A DNA stretch of 64,000 nt from an uncultured Bdellovibrio sp. (GTDB lineage: Bacteria; Bdellovibrionota; Bdellovibrionia; Bdellovibrionales; Bdellovibrionaceae). The stretch's first letter is position 1; each line of letters begins with the position of its first letter. Positions 40,399-50,054 of this stretch are shown one piece after another. Below the pieces are notes generated by a model, which saw only the letters and a program-made list of their open reading frames with translations, had not been told where the DNA came from and did not search any database. The translations under genes and the position numbers were made by a program. The stretch spans positions 23,628 to 87,627 of the forward strand of contig CAWVRN010000018.1 of the NCBI GenBank assembly GCA_963932905.1, read 5' to 3'.

Positions 40399-42095
40399 TA
40401 AAAATAGGACAAGCCGACCAAGTGCCTAGTTTCCTTGGTAGGCAAATCGTAGGTTGATGCCCACTGGATAGAATAGTCTCGCTTAAAGAATCTAAAAACA
40501 TCCAAACCCATTTCTTTAGGGCTGACATTGAGTTTAAAATTAGCAATCTGAGAAAAATAGAAAATGTCGGCTTCAGGATAAATCTCAGTCTGAAATTTAT
40601 CCGCAATGAAACGTAACTTCGGAAAATAAATCCAATCTAAACTATTAAGTAAAAATCCAGTGCTTGCTTCTAAAGAAAGCTCTCGTTTATCTCGGTAGTA
40701 TATTCCGCCTCCGTACGATAACGGAGACCGCAGAAATGAAACCGACTCACCCGCTAGAAAATTGAAAATCTCGGCATTTTCTAAAACAGGTCTTTTTTTA
40801 GAGTTAGTACGAAAATGAAAATTGAATAGGTTTATTTCTGATAAACTATGTCGATAGATCAATCTGTCGTTTAGGAAGTTCACATCCAGACCGACGCCCT
40901 CTTTGTTGCCGACGACTCCAATGGAAGATGTACGAGACCGTTCATCCACTTTTACTTCGGGAACTTGGCCCGACCGTTCCGTGTTATCGGCGCCAATCGG
41001 TAGACGACTGCGCGCAGTTAAAAGTTTTAGATACTGATTTTCATCCAATTTAGAATCGTTGATTTTTTTATCTAAAATTACATAATCTAAACTAACGGCG
41101 TCTAAGTCATTGAAGTCTTGTCTTGCGGATTGCACCTTAATTTTAATTTTTTGAGATTCGGTTAGCCTTTTTTCCATCTGCAACAATTGTGTTTTCAGTG
41201 AAGGTCGATAGAAGTAGTTTTTGTCAGTAACACCAGATGCAATATTCACAAAACTCTCTAGCGGTATCGTCCATGGCTTCAACTGCAAATCTTTGTCTAT
41301 CGGACGCCGTTGCAGATAGTAGATCAGTCTTTCTAAAATTCCCGCACAATTATTATTCATGAATGTATAATCCACGTAATTTGAGTCAAACTCATAGATA
41401 AACAAAAGAAGTCGCCGTTTAGCAATGTCATCGAACTTAAGATCTAATTCCCAAATATCACGGCCTTCTAAATCACTATAGTCCCTAATCAGCTGATGAA
41501 ATGGTAGAAACACGAACCTGCCAGGATACTGACCAAATAAGCCTTTCAAAGCATAGATAGCTCCGGTGTCGTCACCCGTCTGTGCGGAAAAATTGATTCC
41601 ATAATTTAGCAAATCTGATTTTTGGTTCTTGGAAATTAGTTTCAGAAACAAATGACCAAAACTAGAGGCCGGATTTTTAATGTATCCAGTAGCAAACGAT
41701 AATCGTACAGAATCCAAATCTAATTTCTGGCTCCATTCATCAAATGCTCTACATTGATGGGATGCCTTTCTATATTCGGGAAAGACAGAAAGAACTAGTT
41801 CATATCGTCCCACATAATGGCAATACTCTTCTTGCGGAATAGCTTCAGCGGCAGAAAGACGCCTGATCGTTTCTTTTAATTCGTCTTCGGGATTGTATCT
41901 ACCCGTAGGAGCAAAGAAATAGTGATTGGATTCGACTAATGACGTATAACCTGATCGGTCACCATCATAAAAAAAATGCCCAAGCCATTCCGGGCTATGG
42001 GCAAATTCAGTGATCTTGTTGCCATGATCACTTGCTGCATGCACTGCAACTGAACTAAGACATATGGCAATCAGCCAAACGCGCAGAATTTTCAT
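40395..42095 (-). CDS. DUF4105 / Lnb-like periplasmic-domain protein with C-terminal beta-rich domain
   Basis: NPASSFGHLFL, YALKGLFG.YPG.F, Y..LEGRDIWE.DL and YTFMNNNCA; ends YFY. Confidence 0.8.
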   Translation of the reverse strand: MKILRVWLIAICLSSVAVHAASDHGNKITEFAHSPEWLGHFFYDGDRSGYTSLVESNHYFFAPTGRYNPEDELKETIRRLSAAEAIPQEEYCHYVGRYELVLSVFPEYRKASHQCRAFDEWSQKLDLDSVRLSFATGYIKNPASSFGHLFLKLISKNQKSDLLNYGINFSAQTGDDTGAIYALKGLFGQYPGRFVFLPFHQLIRDYSDLEGRDIWELDLKFDDIAKRRLLLFIYEFDSNYVDYTFMNNNCAGILERLIYYLQRRPIDKDLQLKPWTIPLESFVNIASGVTDKNYFYRPSLKTQLLQMEKRLTESQKIKIKVQSARQDFNDLDAVSLDYVILDKKINDSKLDENQYLKLLTARSRLPIGADNTERSGQVPEVKVDERSRTSSIGVVGNKEGVGLDVNFLNDRLIYRHSLSEINLFNFHFRTNSKKRPVLENAEIFNFLAGESVSFLRSPLSYGGGIYYRDKRELSLEASTGFLLNSLDWIYFPKLRFIADKFQTEIYPEADIFYFSQIANFKLNVSPKEMGLDVFRFFKRDYSIQWASTYDLPTKETRHLVGLSYFY

Positions 42096-42543
42096 TGATC
42101 ACTTGATTTAAATTTTCGATAAACTCATTTGGTTTAACATTGCTGTGCGGCTGAATTTTTCCAAACTCAGTTCTAGACACTTCGATGAACGTTTTCTTTG
42201 ATGTATCTGTGTTGCAACCATATAATGACGCTAACGTTTCTACTTTATCGCCTTGGCCCATAGACATTTGGCGAGTTATTTCGTTTTGATTAACCTCAAC
42301 ATAATATTGAATTTCCTTATCTTTCATCACAAGGCCACTTGAAGAACATCCTGATGTGCCTGATGTGATACCCAATGGCTGAGTGAAAAAGAAACTATTC
42401 GTTGTCATCGCAAGAAGTTGTAACCCCTTAGAATTTTTACTGATTATCACAGAGCCTAGACCGCAACCGGCATCCCCAGCCGCCCATGATGAAAACGAAA
42501 TGAAAGTAATAACTAAACTTACAAGCGTTAATGTTCTTTTCAT
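42055..42543 (-). CDS. DUF3015 family secreted protein
   Basis: AGCGLGS, TTN, GITSGTSGC and MSMGQGD..ETLA.LYGC. Confidence 0.85.
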   Translation of the reverse strand: MKRTLTLVSLVITFISFSSWAAGDAGCGLGSVIISKNSKGLQLLAMTTNSFFFTQPLGITSGTSGCSSSGLVMKDKEIQYYVEVNQNEITRQMSMGQGDKVETLASLYGCNTDTSKKTFIEVSRTEFGKIQPHSNVKPNEFIENLNQVINENSARLADCHMS

Positions 42544-42676
42544 AAGAAACTCCTTTTTCCTTGTAGAACTATCATCGTCTACATTGCCCCCACGAGGAAG
42601 AAAAAAAAGAAATTGCTTCTACAATTAATGCTTATATCCTGAGTATCCAAATGTTAACGCTAAACAAGGAGTTTTT

Positions 42677-43342
42677 ATGTTAAGAAATCTATTGGTCCTA
42701 ACAACAGCAATTTTCATGTCGACAGCATTTGCAGCTGATAAAAAAGAAAAAAAAGCAGCCGCTAAAGATGCAAAAGCAGAAACACTAGCAATCGATACAG
42801 CTGCAAGCTCAATTGGCTGGACTGGTTCAAAAAAAGTGGGCGAAAGCAAGCACAGTGGTCACGTCAAAATCAAAGAAGGTAAAGTTGAATTGAAAGATGG
42901 TAAATTAACTGGTGGCGATTTTGTTATCGACATGACATCAATCACTAACGACGATTTAAAAGACAAACCTGATTACCAAACTAAACTAGTAACTCATTTA
43001 AAATCAGATGATTTCTTCAAAGTGGATAAAAACCCAACTTCTGAATTCAAAATCACGGCAGTTAAAGAAAAAGATGGCAAACCATGGGTTGTCGGCAAAT
43101 TAACTCTTCTTGGAAAAACTGAAACTGTAGAATTCCCAGCAACTGTTGAAACTAAAGACGGCGTTACAACTGGTAAAGCTAAATTTGAAATCGACCGCAC
43201 TAAATGGGGTGTCGTTTACGGCGCTGGAAATATCATGAAAGAATTGACAGCTGACAAAGTTATCAATAACAACATGGAATTAGATTTAAACATCGTTGCT
43301 AAAGGCACGGCAGCAGCTCCAGCTCCTTCAGTTAAAAAATAG
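42677..43342 (+). CDS. YceI family periplasmic protein
   Basis: IDTAASSIGWTG, HSG, IDMTSI, HLKSDDFF and IDRTKWG. Confidence 0.92.
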   Translation: MLRNLLVLTTAIFMSTAFAADKKEKKAAAKDAKAETLAIDTAASSIGWTGSKKVGESKHSGHVKIKEGKVELKDGKLTGGDFVIDMTSITNDDLKDKPDYQTKLVTHLKSDDFFKVDKNPTSEFKITAVKEKDGKPWVVGKLTLLGKTETVEFPATVETKDGVTTGKAKFEIDRTKWGVVYGAGNIMKELTADKVINNNMELDLNIVAKGTAAAPAPSVKK

Positions 43343-43367
43343 TTAGCAGACTTAAAATTAACACGGC

Positions 43368-43393
43368 AAAGGGCTCCTCAAGAGCCCTTTTTT
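43368..43393 (+). terminator. Rho-independent terminator after the YceI gene
   Basis: AAAGGGCTC-CTCAA-GAGCCCTTTTTT. Confidence 0.85.
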
Positions 43394-43444
43394 ATTGGTG
43401 TCCACCTAAACTCAGACTATAGTCCTTGAAAGAAGAGGGACTTT

Positions 43445-43852
43445 ATGAATACGAAAAATCGGTATTTAATTTACATTCTTTACTTTCTACTTACGATTCC
43501 CGCCGTGATATTTATTTTTAAATCAATCGAACCTAAACAACTCGCTTCGTTATTCGCTGCTGGGCTATTTATAACATGTAGCCTTCTCCCCATCTGGGGC
43601 GAAATAAAAAACAAAACAAAAACCAGTTTTGTTTTTTATGCTGCTATTGGATTTTTAGTTTTGTTTTCGCTGCCGATGATTACCGTTCGAATTCTTAACT
43701 ACGGTACCGACTTTTCACAGCTTTATGTTGGCCCGCTTACAGGACCTGAATTTCATAAATATTCAAACTATGGATTTATTATTCTGCTATGCTCCAGCAT
43801 AGTCGACTTCATTCAATCGAAATGGATCCATCAGAAAAGTTCAAAGATCTAA
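43445..43852 (+). CDS. Hypothetical 4-TM membrane protein
   Basis: GAGGG RBS, four hydrophobic segments. Confidence 0.7.
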   Translation: MNTKNRYLIYILYFLLTIPAVIFIFKSIEPKQLASLFAAGLFITCSLLPIWGEIKNKTKTSFVFYAAIGFLVLFSLPMITVRILNYGTDFSQLYVGPLTGPEFHKYSNYGFIILLCSSIVDFIQSKWIHQKSSKI

Positions 43853-44223
43853 AGACAAAAATCGTCTGTTAGATCCTCGCCGTTGCCACTCTTAACACGG
43901 CAATTGTAATTTTTGATCAAGTACTCCAGCACGATTCGAGCGTGCGGTTTAAATTTAGGGCCCGCATGTAAATTAAAATAGACTTCTTTGGGTGTTATCT
44001 TAACGATGAATACATTCGGCAACGGAATATTATGATTGGATTCTCTATACTTAACGGCTTCTTTCATTGAGTCTTCGTCTAAAAAAAACATAAATAGATT
44101 TTCAACATACAGGTCTCTGTAGACGAATTCGACTTTACCAATCATATCGTTGATCGATGCTATATCAAAATCACCGTTTAAAGGGCTAAACCGCACTTCT
44201 TTTTGTTCCAATATTTTTTCCAT
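43849..44223 (-). CDS. Hypothetical protein
   Basis: 124-aa ORF filling the gap between neighbouring genes; no motif recognised. Confidence 0.55.
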   Translation of the reverse strand: MEKILEQKEVRFSPLNGDFDIASINDMIGKVEFVYRDLYVENLFMFFLDEDSMKEAVKYRESNHNIPLPNVFIVKITPKEVYFNLHAGPKFKPHARIVLEYLIKNYNCRVKSGNGEDLTDDFCL

Positions 44224-44239
44224 GCAATAGCATGATTAC

Positions 44240-44482
44240 TTATTGGTTTTGAGATTGCAAAAACAATTTCTGTTTAAACCCGAATATGACGAAAAAGATA
44301 CCTAACGTTACTAGAAACATACAAACCATCCAAACGGGAAATCCGCGGATGGTCACATGTAGAGGATGGTCAGTTTCTAAACTCTCAAATGTTTGAGCAC
44401 CGCCAACGAAAACTAAAGACAAGATAAAAAGACCGACAGCAAGGCCGAAGCATAAAATGGATGTTATAAAATATCTATTCAT
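44240..44482 (-). CDS. Small 2-TM membrane protein
   Basis: Two hydrophobic helices; lies downstream of pckG. Confidence 0.55.
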   Translation of the reverse strand: MNRYFITSILCFGLAVGLFILSLVFVGGAQTFESLETDHPLHVTIRGFPVWMVCMFLVTLGIFFVIFGFKQKLFLQSQNQ

Positions 44483-44514
44483 ACCTTAGGCCTCACCTTT
44501 AGCCACCTACCCAT

Positions 44515-46335
44515 TTATACAACAGACAAATGTTCTCTTTTAAGCTTTGAAATTGCTGTTTCTTGGATACCCAAGAAAGCCATGGGAAAGTTACCTAATT
44601 TTTGGAAGAATTCCTTATGAGACAACAATTCAGATTCCCATTCCCTCGCGTCGACTTTCAACAATTCAGAAAATTTATCAGCTGATAAATCTAAACCCGA
44701 CCAGTCGATATCTTCATAACTAGGCTGTGCACCGAGAATTGTTTCTTTAGCGCCCACTTCATTGTTAGTACGCTGGAAAATCCATTTAAGAACACGCATA
44801 TTTTGGGAATAGCCCGGCCACATGAATTTGCCCTCTTGATCCTTTTTGAACCAGTTAACAATAAAGATAGGAGGCAGTTTAGCCGCACGTTTTTCCATAC
44901 GTAACCAGTGAGCAAAATAATCACCCATATGGTATCCGCAGAAAGGCAACATCGCCATTGGATCACGACGAACCACACCGACTTTACCAGTCGCCGCAGC
45001 CGTTGTTTCAGAACCGATTGTTGAGGCAAAGTACACCCCGTGGTTCCAATCTTTAGTTTGAGTGATCAACGGAATAGTGTCTGCTCGGCGACCACCGAAG
45101 ATAAAGGCACTGATTTCTACGCCTTCTGCCGATTCCCAGTTTTCATCAATCGATGGGCACTGAGACGCTGGAGATGTAAAACGAGCATTAGGATGAGCCG
45201 CAGGACGACCATTTCCTGGCGCCCAAGGCTGACCTTGCCAATCAGTTAATTTCGCTGGCGGAGTATCCGTTAAACCTTCCCACCAAACATCGCCATCTTC
45301 AGTCAATGCAACGTTTGTGAAAATAGTGTTTTTAGAGATCGTTTGAACTGCATTTGGATTTGTACGCAGACTTGTTCCCGGCGCTACACCAAAGAAACCC
45401 GCTTCTGGATTGATCGCACGTAAATTACCATTGCGATCCGCTTTGATCCAAGCGATATCATCACCGACAGTTGTGATTTTCCAGTTACCTAATTCTTTAG
45501 GTGGGATCATCATCGCAAAATTTGTTTTACCACAGGCACTTGGGAAAGCCGCTGCTACATATTTCTTTTCGCCTTCTGGCGATTCAACACCCAAGATAAG
45601 CATATGTTCAGCTAACCAACCTTCTTTACGACCCATGTTCGAAGCTAAACGCAACGAGAAACATTTTTTACCAAGTAAAGCATTACCACCGTAACCGCTG
45701 CCGAACGACCAAACTGAATTTTCTTCTGGAAAATGAACAATATATTTTTCATCTTTATTACATGGCCATGAGACATCTTGCTGGCCTTCCGCTAATGGCG
45801 CACCTACTGTATGTAAGCATTTTACAAATGGCCCATCGCCAATGACATCAAGAACTTGTTTACCCATTCTTGTCATCACGCGCATGTTGATTACAACGTA
45901 CGGAGAATCCGTGATCTCAACACCAATTTGAGACATTGGGGAACTGATCGGACCCATGCAGAATGGAATCACGTACATCGTACGACCCTTCATGCAACCT
46001 TGAAACAATCCAGCTAATTTTGCTTTCATTTCGGCAGGGTTAACCCAGTTATTGGTAGGACCAGCATCATCCGGAGACTCAGAACAAATAAAGGTACGGT
46101 CTTCAACACGAGCCACATCAGACGGATCCGACAAAGCTAGATAGCTATTCGGGCGTTTAGCTTCATTTAATTTCACTAAAGTTTTTGAAGCAACAAGTTT
46201 TGAAATCATTAATTGGTTTTCGGCTTCAGAGCCGTCACACCAATGAACACTGTCTGGTGTACAAAGATTTTTAATTTCATTTACCCAAGAAACAAGTTCT
46301 TCATTTCCAATAGCCAACTGATGTTCTGCAATCAC
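44515..46335 (-). CDS. pckG: Phosphoenolpyruvate carboxykinase (GTP)
   Basis: [56 protein letters not shown] and FGGRR. Confidence 0.97.
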   Translation of the reverse strand: MIAEHQLAIGNEELVSWVNEIKNLCTPDSVHWCDGSEAENQLMISKLVASKTLVKLNEAKRPNSYLALSDPSDVARVEDRTFICSESPDDAGPTNNWVNPAEMKAKLAGLFQGCMKGRTMYVIPFCMGPISSPMSQIGVEITDSPYVVINMRVMTRMGKQVLDVIGDGPFVKCLHTVGAPLAEGQQDVSWPCNKDEKYIVHFPEENSVWSFGSGYGGNALLGKKCFSLRLASNMGRKEGWLAEHMLILGVESPEGEKKYVAAAFPSACGKTNFAMMIPPKELGNWKITTVGDDIAWIKADRNGNLRAINPEAGFFGVAPGTSLRTNPNAVQTISKNTIFTNVALTEDGDVWWEGLTDTPPAKLTDWQGQPWAPGNGRPAAHPNARFTSPASQCPSIDENWESAEGVEISAFIFGGRRADTIPLITQTKDWNHGVYFASTIGSETTAAATGKVGVVRRDPMAMLPFCGYHMGDYFAHWLRMEKRAAKLPPIFIVNWFKKDQEGKFMWPGYSQNMRVLKWIFQRTNNEVGAKETILGAQPSYEDIDWSGLDLSADKFSELLKVDAREWESELLSHKEFFQKLGNFPMAFLGIQETAISKLKREHLSVV

Positions 46336-46412
46336 TAGAGTCTCCTAAATTAGGCGGTTACGTATATGTCCTAGCTAGATACTTAATAACTATCCGTTAG
46401 ACAACAAACTAT

Positions 46413-48185
46413 TTAAATTTTGGAAATAGTTTTCCCTTTTTTCTGCTCTTGAATCCACTTGTTTACCCGCTTTTCGAGTACAAAAAGCGACAGCGTACCC
46501 TGGCCCAAAACCACATCATGAAACTTTTTTATATCGAATTGATTTTTCAGCTCTTTTTCCGCTTTTTTGCGTAATTCGATGATTTTTAGTTGACCAATTT
46601 TGTATCCCAAAGCCTGACCTGGCCATACAGAATAACGCTCTACTTCGGATTCAACGTCTTTGATATCTGAGGCTAAATTAGCAGCCATAAAATCGATCGA
46701 TTGCTGACGGCTCCACCCTTTAGAATGGATACCAGTATCAATGACTAAACGAACCGCTCTTAACATTTCACTAGATAGATGACCTAGATATTGTTTGTCG
46801 TCGGTAAATAAACCCATTTCGCGACCGAGGTATTCGGTGTACAGAGCCCAACCTTCAACAAACGCATTCGAGTTAAAGATTTTGCGTTGGTATTCGGTAA
46901 TCTTGTCTTTCAATTCAAAAGCCAGTGCTAGTTGAAAATGATGCCCCGGAACCGCCTCATGCAACGACAAGCTGGTCATTTCTAGAATGCTGTTACCTTT
47001 TAAGTTGATCGTATTCACAACAAAACGACCATATGTTTTTAATTCTGTTGGCTGGTTGTAACTTGCCGCCGGTGCATCACCGTTTTCAGCTTCCACTACT
47101 TTATAGTCAGCTTTAGGCATTAAGTTGAAATACAGAGGAATCACAGCATCGATTTTTTTTCTAACCGTATTGTAGCCTTCAATCGCTTCTTTCGAAGTTT
47201 TGAAATAAGAATTTGGATCATCTACGATAAATTTTAAGAAAGCTTTAAAGTCTCCTTTAAATCCTATTTTTTCTTTGATCTTGATCATTTCACCTTTGAT
47301 ACGGGCTACTTCTGCCAAACCAACTTTATGAATCTCTTCTGGTGACTTGTTTGTGTTCGTATTTAGTTTAACTAAGTAACGGTACCATTTTTTTCCGTTG
47401 GGCAAAGTGCCATAACCGAAATCTTTACGGCATTTAGGTAAATATTCCTTTTGAAAAAACGCATCGAATTTTTCAAAACTAGGGATAATATTTGTTGCAA
47501 TCATCTTTTTGAAATCCGCTTGAATTTTTTCTTTGTCTGATTTCGAAAATTCTTTCGGCATCATTGAAATGGGACGATAGAACGGATTCTTTTCAACTTC
47601 TTTCGTTAGTCCTTCTTTGTACGTGCCGGGAACTTTTTCAGCGATTGGGCAGCTTAGAACCACTTTCTTTCGCAGACCCTCTTGTAAAACCTTAATTTGG
47701 CGATCCACGTATGCGGGAAAGCCTCCTGCGCGCGAGACATAGGCTTCGTAGTTCTTCACAGTCGAAAAAGGAAAGTTGGATAGGCTTGGACTTGATGATT
47801 CTAAATAATCAGTTAAGCGAGTCCATTTGTTATCCATCGACATAGCTTCATATGGAAAATCAAAACCACCTAATGCTGTTTCTAGATCTTCCTTAAATAG
47901 GTCGTAAGTAATTTGATACGATTCATCCAATTTAGACTTGTCGACCTTTTTTAAATCTTTGATCGTTTGAACAACCAATGCTTTTTGTTTTACTTTTAAT
48001 TCAGGAGATAAATAGTCTCCAAATTTTCCCAGGTCTCCTTCGACATTAAAGTAAGGGGCAGCGAATGCGTCCAAACGCTTCACTTGTTCTGTATAGCTAG
48101 TCACTAGCTTATTTAGCTCATCGACTTGGCCATGAGCCTGAAATGTAATTGTGATAACAAAAAGATTAAAAAGAATTTTTAACAT
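46413..48185 (-). CDS. DUF885 family secreted protein (putative metallopeptidase)
   Basis: HEAVPGHHFQ, EGWALYTE, RLVIDTGIH and PGQALGYKIG. Confidence 0.92.
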   Translation of the reverse strand: MLKILFNLFVITITFQAHGQVDELNKLVTSYTEQVKRLDAFAAPYFNVEGDLGKFGDYLSPELKVKQKALVVQTIKDLKKVDKSKLDESYQITYDLFKEDLETALGGFDFPYEAMSMDNKWTRLTDYLESSSPSLSNFPFSTVKNYEAYVSRAGGFPAYVDRQIKVLQEGLRKKVVLSCPIAEKVPGTYKEGLTKEVEKNPFYRPISMMPKEFSKSDKEKIQADFKKMIATNIIPSFEKFDAFFQKEYLPKCRKDFGYGTLPNGKKWYRYLVKLNTNTNKSPEEIHKVGLAEVARIKGEMIKIKEKIGFKGDFKAFLKFIVDDPNSYFKTSKEAIEGYNTVRKKIDAVIPLYFNLMPKADYKVVEAENGDAPAASYNQPTELKTYGRFVVNTINLKGNSILEMTSLSLHEAVPGHHFQLALAFELKDKITEYQRKIFNSNAFVEGWALYTEYLGREMGLFTDDKQYLGHLSSEMLRAVRLVIDTGIHSKGWSRQQSIDFMAANLASDIKDVESEVERYSVWPGQALGYKIGQLKIIELRKKAEKELKNQFDIKKFHDVVLGQGTLSLFVLEKRVNKWIQEQKKGKTISKI

Positions 48186-48343
48186 AGGATTTCCCCCCTA
48201 GGAATCAATGTTGATGGGCAGAAATATATTAAAATTACTTTACTAGGTCATCTGATAACCTTCTTGAAACTGAGATTTTTTTCTTAATCTTGAGATACAG
48301 AAACTCTCAAATCCTTTTATATTAGATTTGGCGCCTGATACCT

Positions 48344-48360
48344 TTGGCCACCCCTTTGCT
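48344..48360 (+). promoter_or_regulatory. Sigma54-type -24/-12 promoter
   Basis: TTGGCCACCCCTTTGCT (GG-N10-GC), 30 bp before ATG 48390. Confidence 0.6.
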
Positions 48361-48389
48361 TTTATCCAAAATAAAAAAGGGGACCAAAG

Positions 48390-49220
48390 ATGAAAGCAGC
48401 AACTAGCGCCTACTCGTGGGCACAACCAAAATCAAAACTACCCGCCCTAGCAGCCTATAAACTCGCTAGCATTAAAGTAAAAGACTATAGTCTGATTGGC
48501 TTTAGAGACCATGAAGCCGAAACAGAAATTTTAGCGAACCTAGATTTTCGTATTCCCCGGCTTTACACACTTGTTTCACAAAATAGAAAAATTTCTATCA
48601 ACGAAACCCTATGTGACTCATCTCGCTTTTTTCTAAATTTTGAATCATTTAAATGGAGCGAACTATTTTACGGATTTTTCCGCCAGATCATTTCACCAAA
48701 AACAGAACACTTTATTTTTCAACAGCTGCTTTATTCACTGGATATTTACGTTTGCCAGTTTCAACTTTTAGTCAATGCCGTGAAAAACTCACCAACTGGG
48801 TTAAATGGCGCGCTTCACAGGCACCACAGTCAACTTGAATTAATAACTCTACTTCAAAAGCATCAGCATGGAGAAAAACTGTGTCTACTATTTATTTTCG
48901 AATTACTTCTTATCTCTTTGGGAAAAGACCGCTTCGCTTCATGCGCGACATTCGTGAACAAAATGGAATCTCAAGTACTCCTCCGCTACTTCAGTTCACA
49001 GGACCTTATCATCGCGGAACTAGATAAATTGTTCTACTCTTCGGGAAAACTGCGCCAATCGCTGAAAAAATACTTCGAATTTCGCGGACAAATTTTATTC
49101 ACTGAAAATTCTAAAAATATTTTCAGCGAGAAAATGTTTTTCCAACTTGGAAAAATTTTCGAACAAAATGAAACCGTACTCGAACACAAAACATTTGAGA
49201 CGTGTTTCACTCACATTTAG
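48390..49220 (+). CDS. Hypothetical protein
   Basis: 276-aa ORF with AAGGGG RBS and an upstream sigma54-like promoter. Confidence 0.6.
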   Translation: MKAATSAYSWAQPKSKLPALAAYKLASIKVKDYSLIGFRDHEAETEILANLDFRIPRLYTLVSQNRKISINETLCDSSRFFLNFESFKWSELFYGFFRQIISPKTEHFIFQQLLYSLDIYVCQFQLLVNAVKNSPTGLNGALHRHHSQLELITLLQKHQHGEKLCLLFIFELLLISLGKDRFASCATFVNKMESQVLLRYFSSQDLIIAELDKLFYSSGKLRQSLKKYFEFRGQILFTENSKNIFSEKMFFQLGKIFEQNETVLEHKTFETCFTHI

Positions 49221-49349
49221 TACAAAAATATTTTTGAATTCCATAACGATTTTTTATTTTTTAAGTCAGTCGAGCGAATTAAGAGCATTTGCTCGACTTG
49301 ACAAAGACACCTAAAGAATAAATGTTGGAAAATAGACTAGGAGGTTCTT

Positions 49350-49670
49350 ATGGGAAATTTAGAAAATGTAAAAATAGTATGTACTGGGTTTGAGGTTACT
49401 GCTGAGGCCAAGGAAAATATACTTATCGTTTTCAAAAAGTTACTTGATGAAGCTCCCTACGGCGCTTTTCTTGAAGTTCACTTAGAAAAAGTAGCCGACG
49501 GTATTTCGGGACGTATTCACATCAGTTCTTTGGGCGGCGAATTTAAGGCTTCGGCTTTAGAAATGACCCCGCAAGACGCTGTTGATGCACTTTTTTTGAC
49601 AATCCGAAATCAAATCGTTGAGTGGAAAACTACTCGATTTGCTGACACGTCAGCCGCTGTCCTAGCCTAA
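49350..49670 (+). CDS. Hypothetical protein, HPF/RaiA-like fold
   Basis: AGGAGG RBS; length and pattern (GFEVT...AVDALF..IR.QI) resemble ribosome-hibernation-factor-like proteins. Confidence 0.5.
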   Translation: MGNLENVKIVCTGFEVTAEAKENILIVFKKLLDEAPYGAFLEVHLEKVADGISGRIHISSLGGEFKASALEMTPQDAVDALFLTIRNQIVEWKTTRFADTSAAVLA

Positions 49671-49810
49671 ATCGCGAATATTTTACAAGATAGTTAGTTG
49701 GCATACCCCCAAAAAACAGGGTCCTCCTTTTTTTGGGGCATTTTGGTACACTGAAAGCCAAATTTTTTCGACTTTAAGACAATTTAAAAAACCTATGTTA
49801 CCTGTTGAGA

Positions 49811-50054
49811 ATGTTATCTAAAAATATTGCTCGGATTCGTCTATATTTGATTGCAATCGCGATTTTAGTTATTCTAAGTCTTAACTCATGGTTTTTGTAT
49901 TCCAGCTTTAAAGGTGTAAGTGAAAATGAAACTTGGGTTATCCACACATATGAAGTCGATTTGATCTTTTCGTCCGTCAAAGACGCCGAAACCGGCCCAT
50001 CTTCCAAAGATCCCACAGGTTTTAGCAAAACTATCTAGAGGTGAGGCTCTATGA
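49811..50054 (+). pseudogene. Deletion remnant: N-terminus of a CHASE3 sensor gene joined to the tail of another (probably CheB-like) gene
   Basis: A TM helix, then WVIHTYEV...SSVKDAETG, breaks at about 49997. The +1 frame continues HLPKIPQVLAKLSRGEAL* with TGA overlapping the next ATG. Confidence 0.65.
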
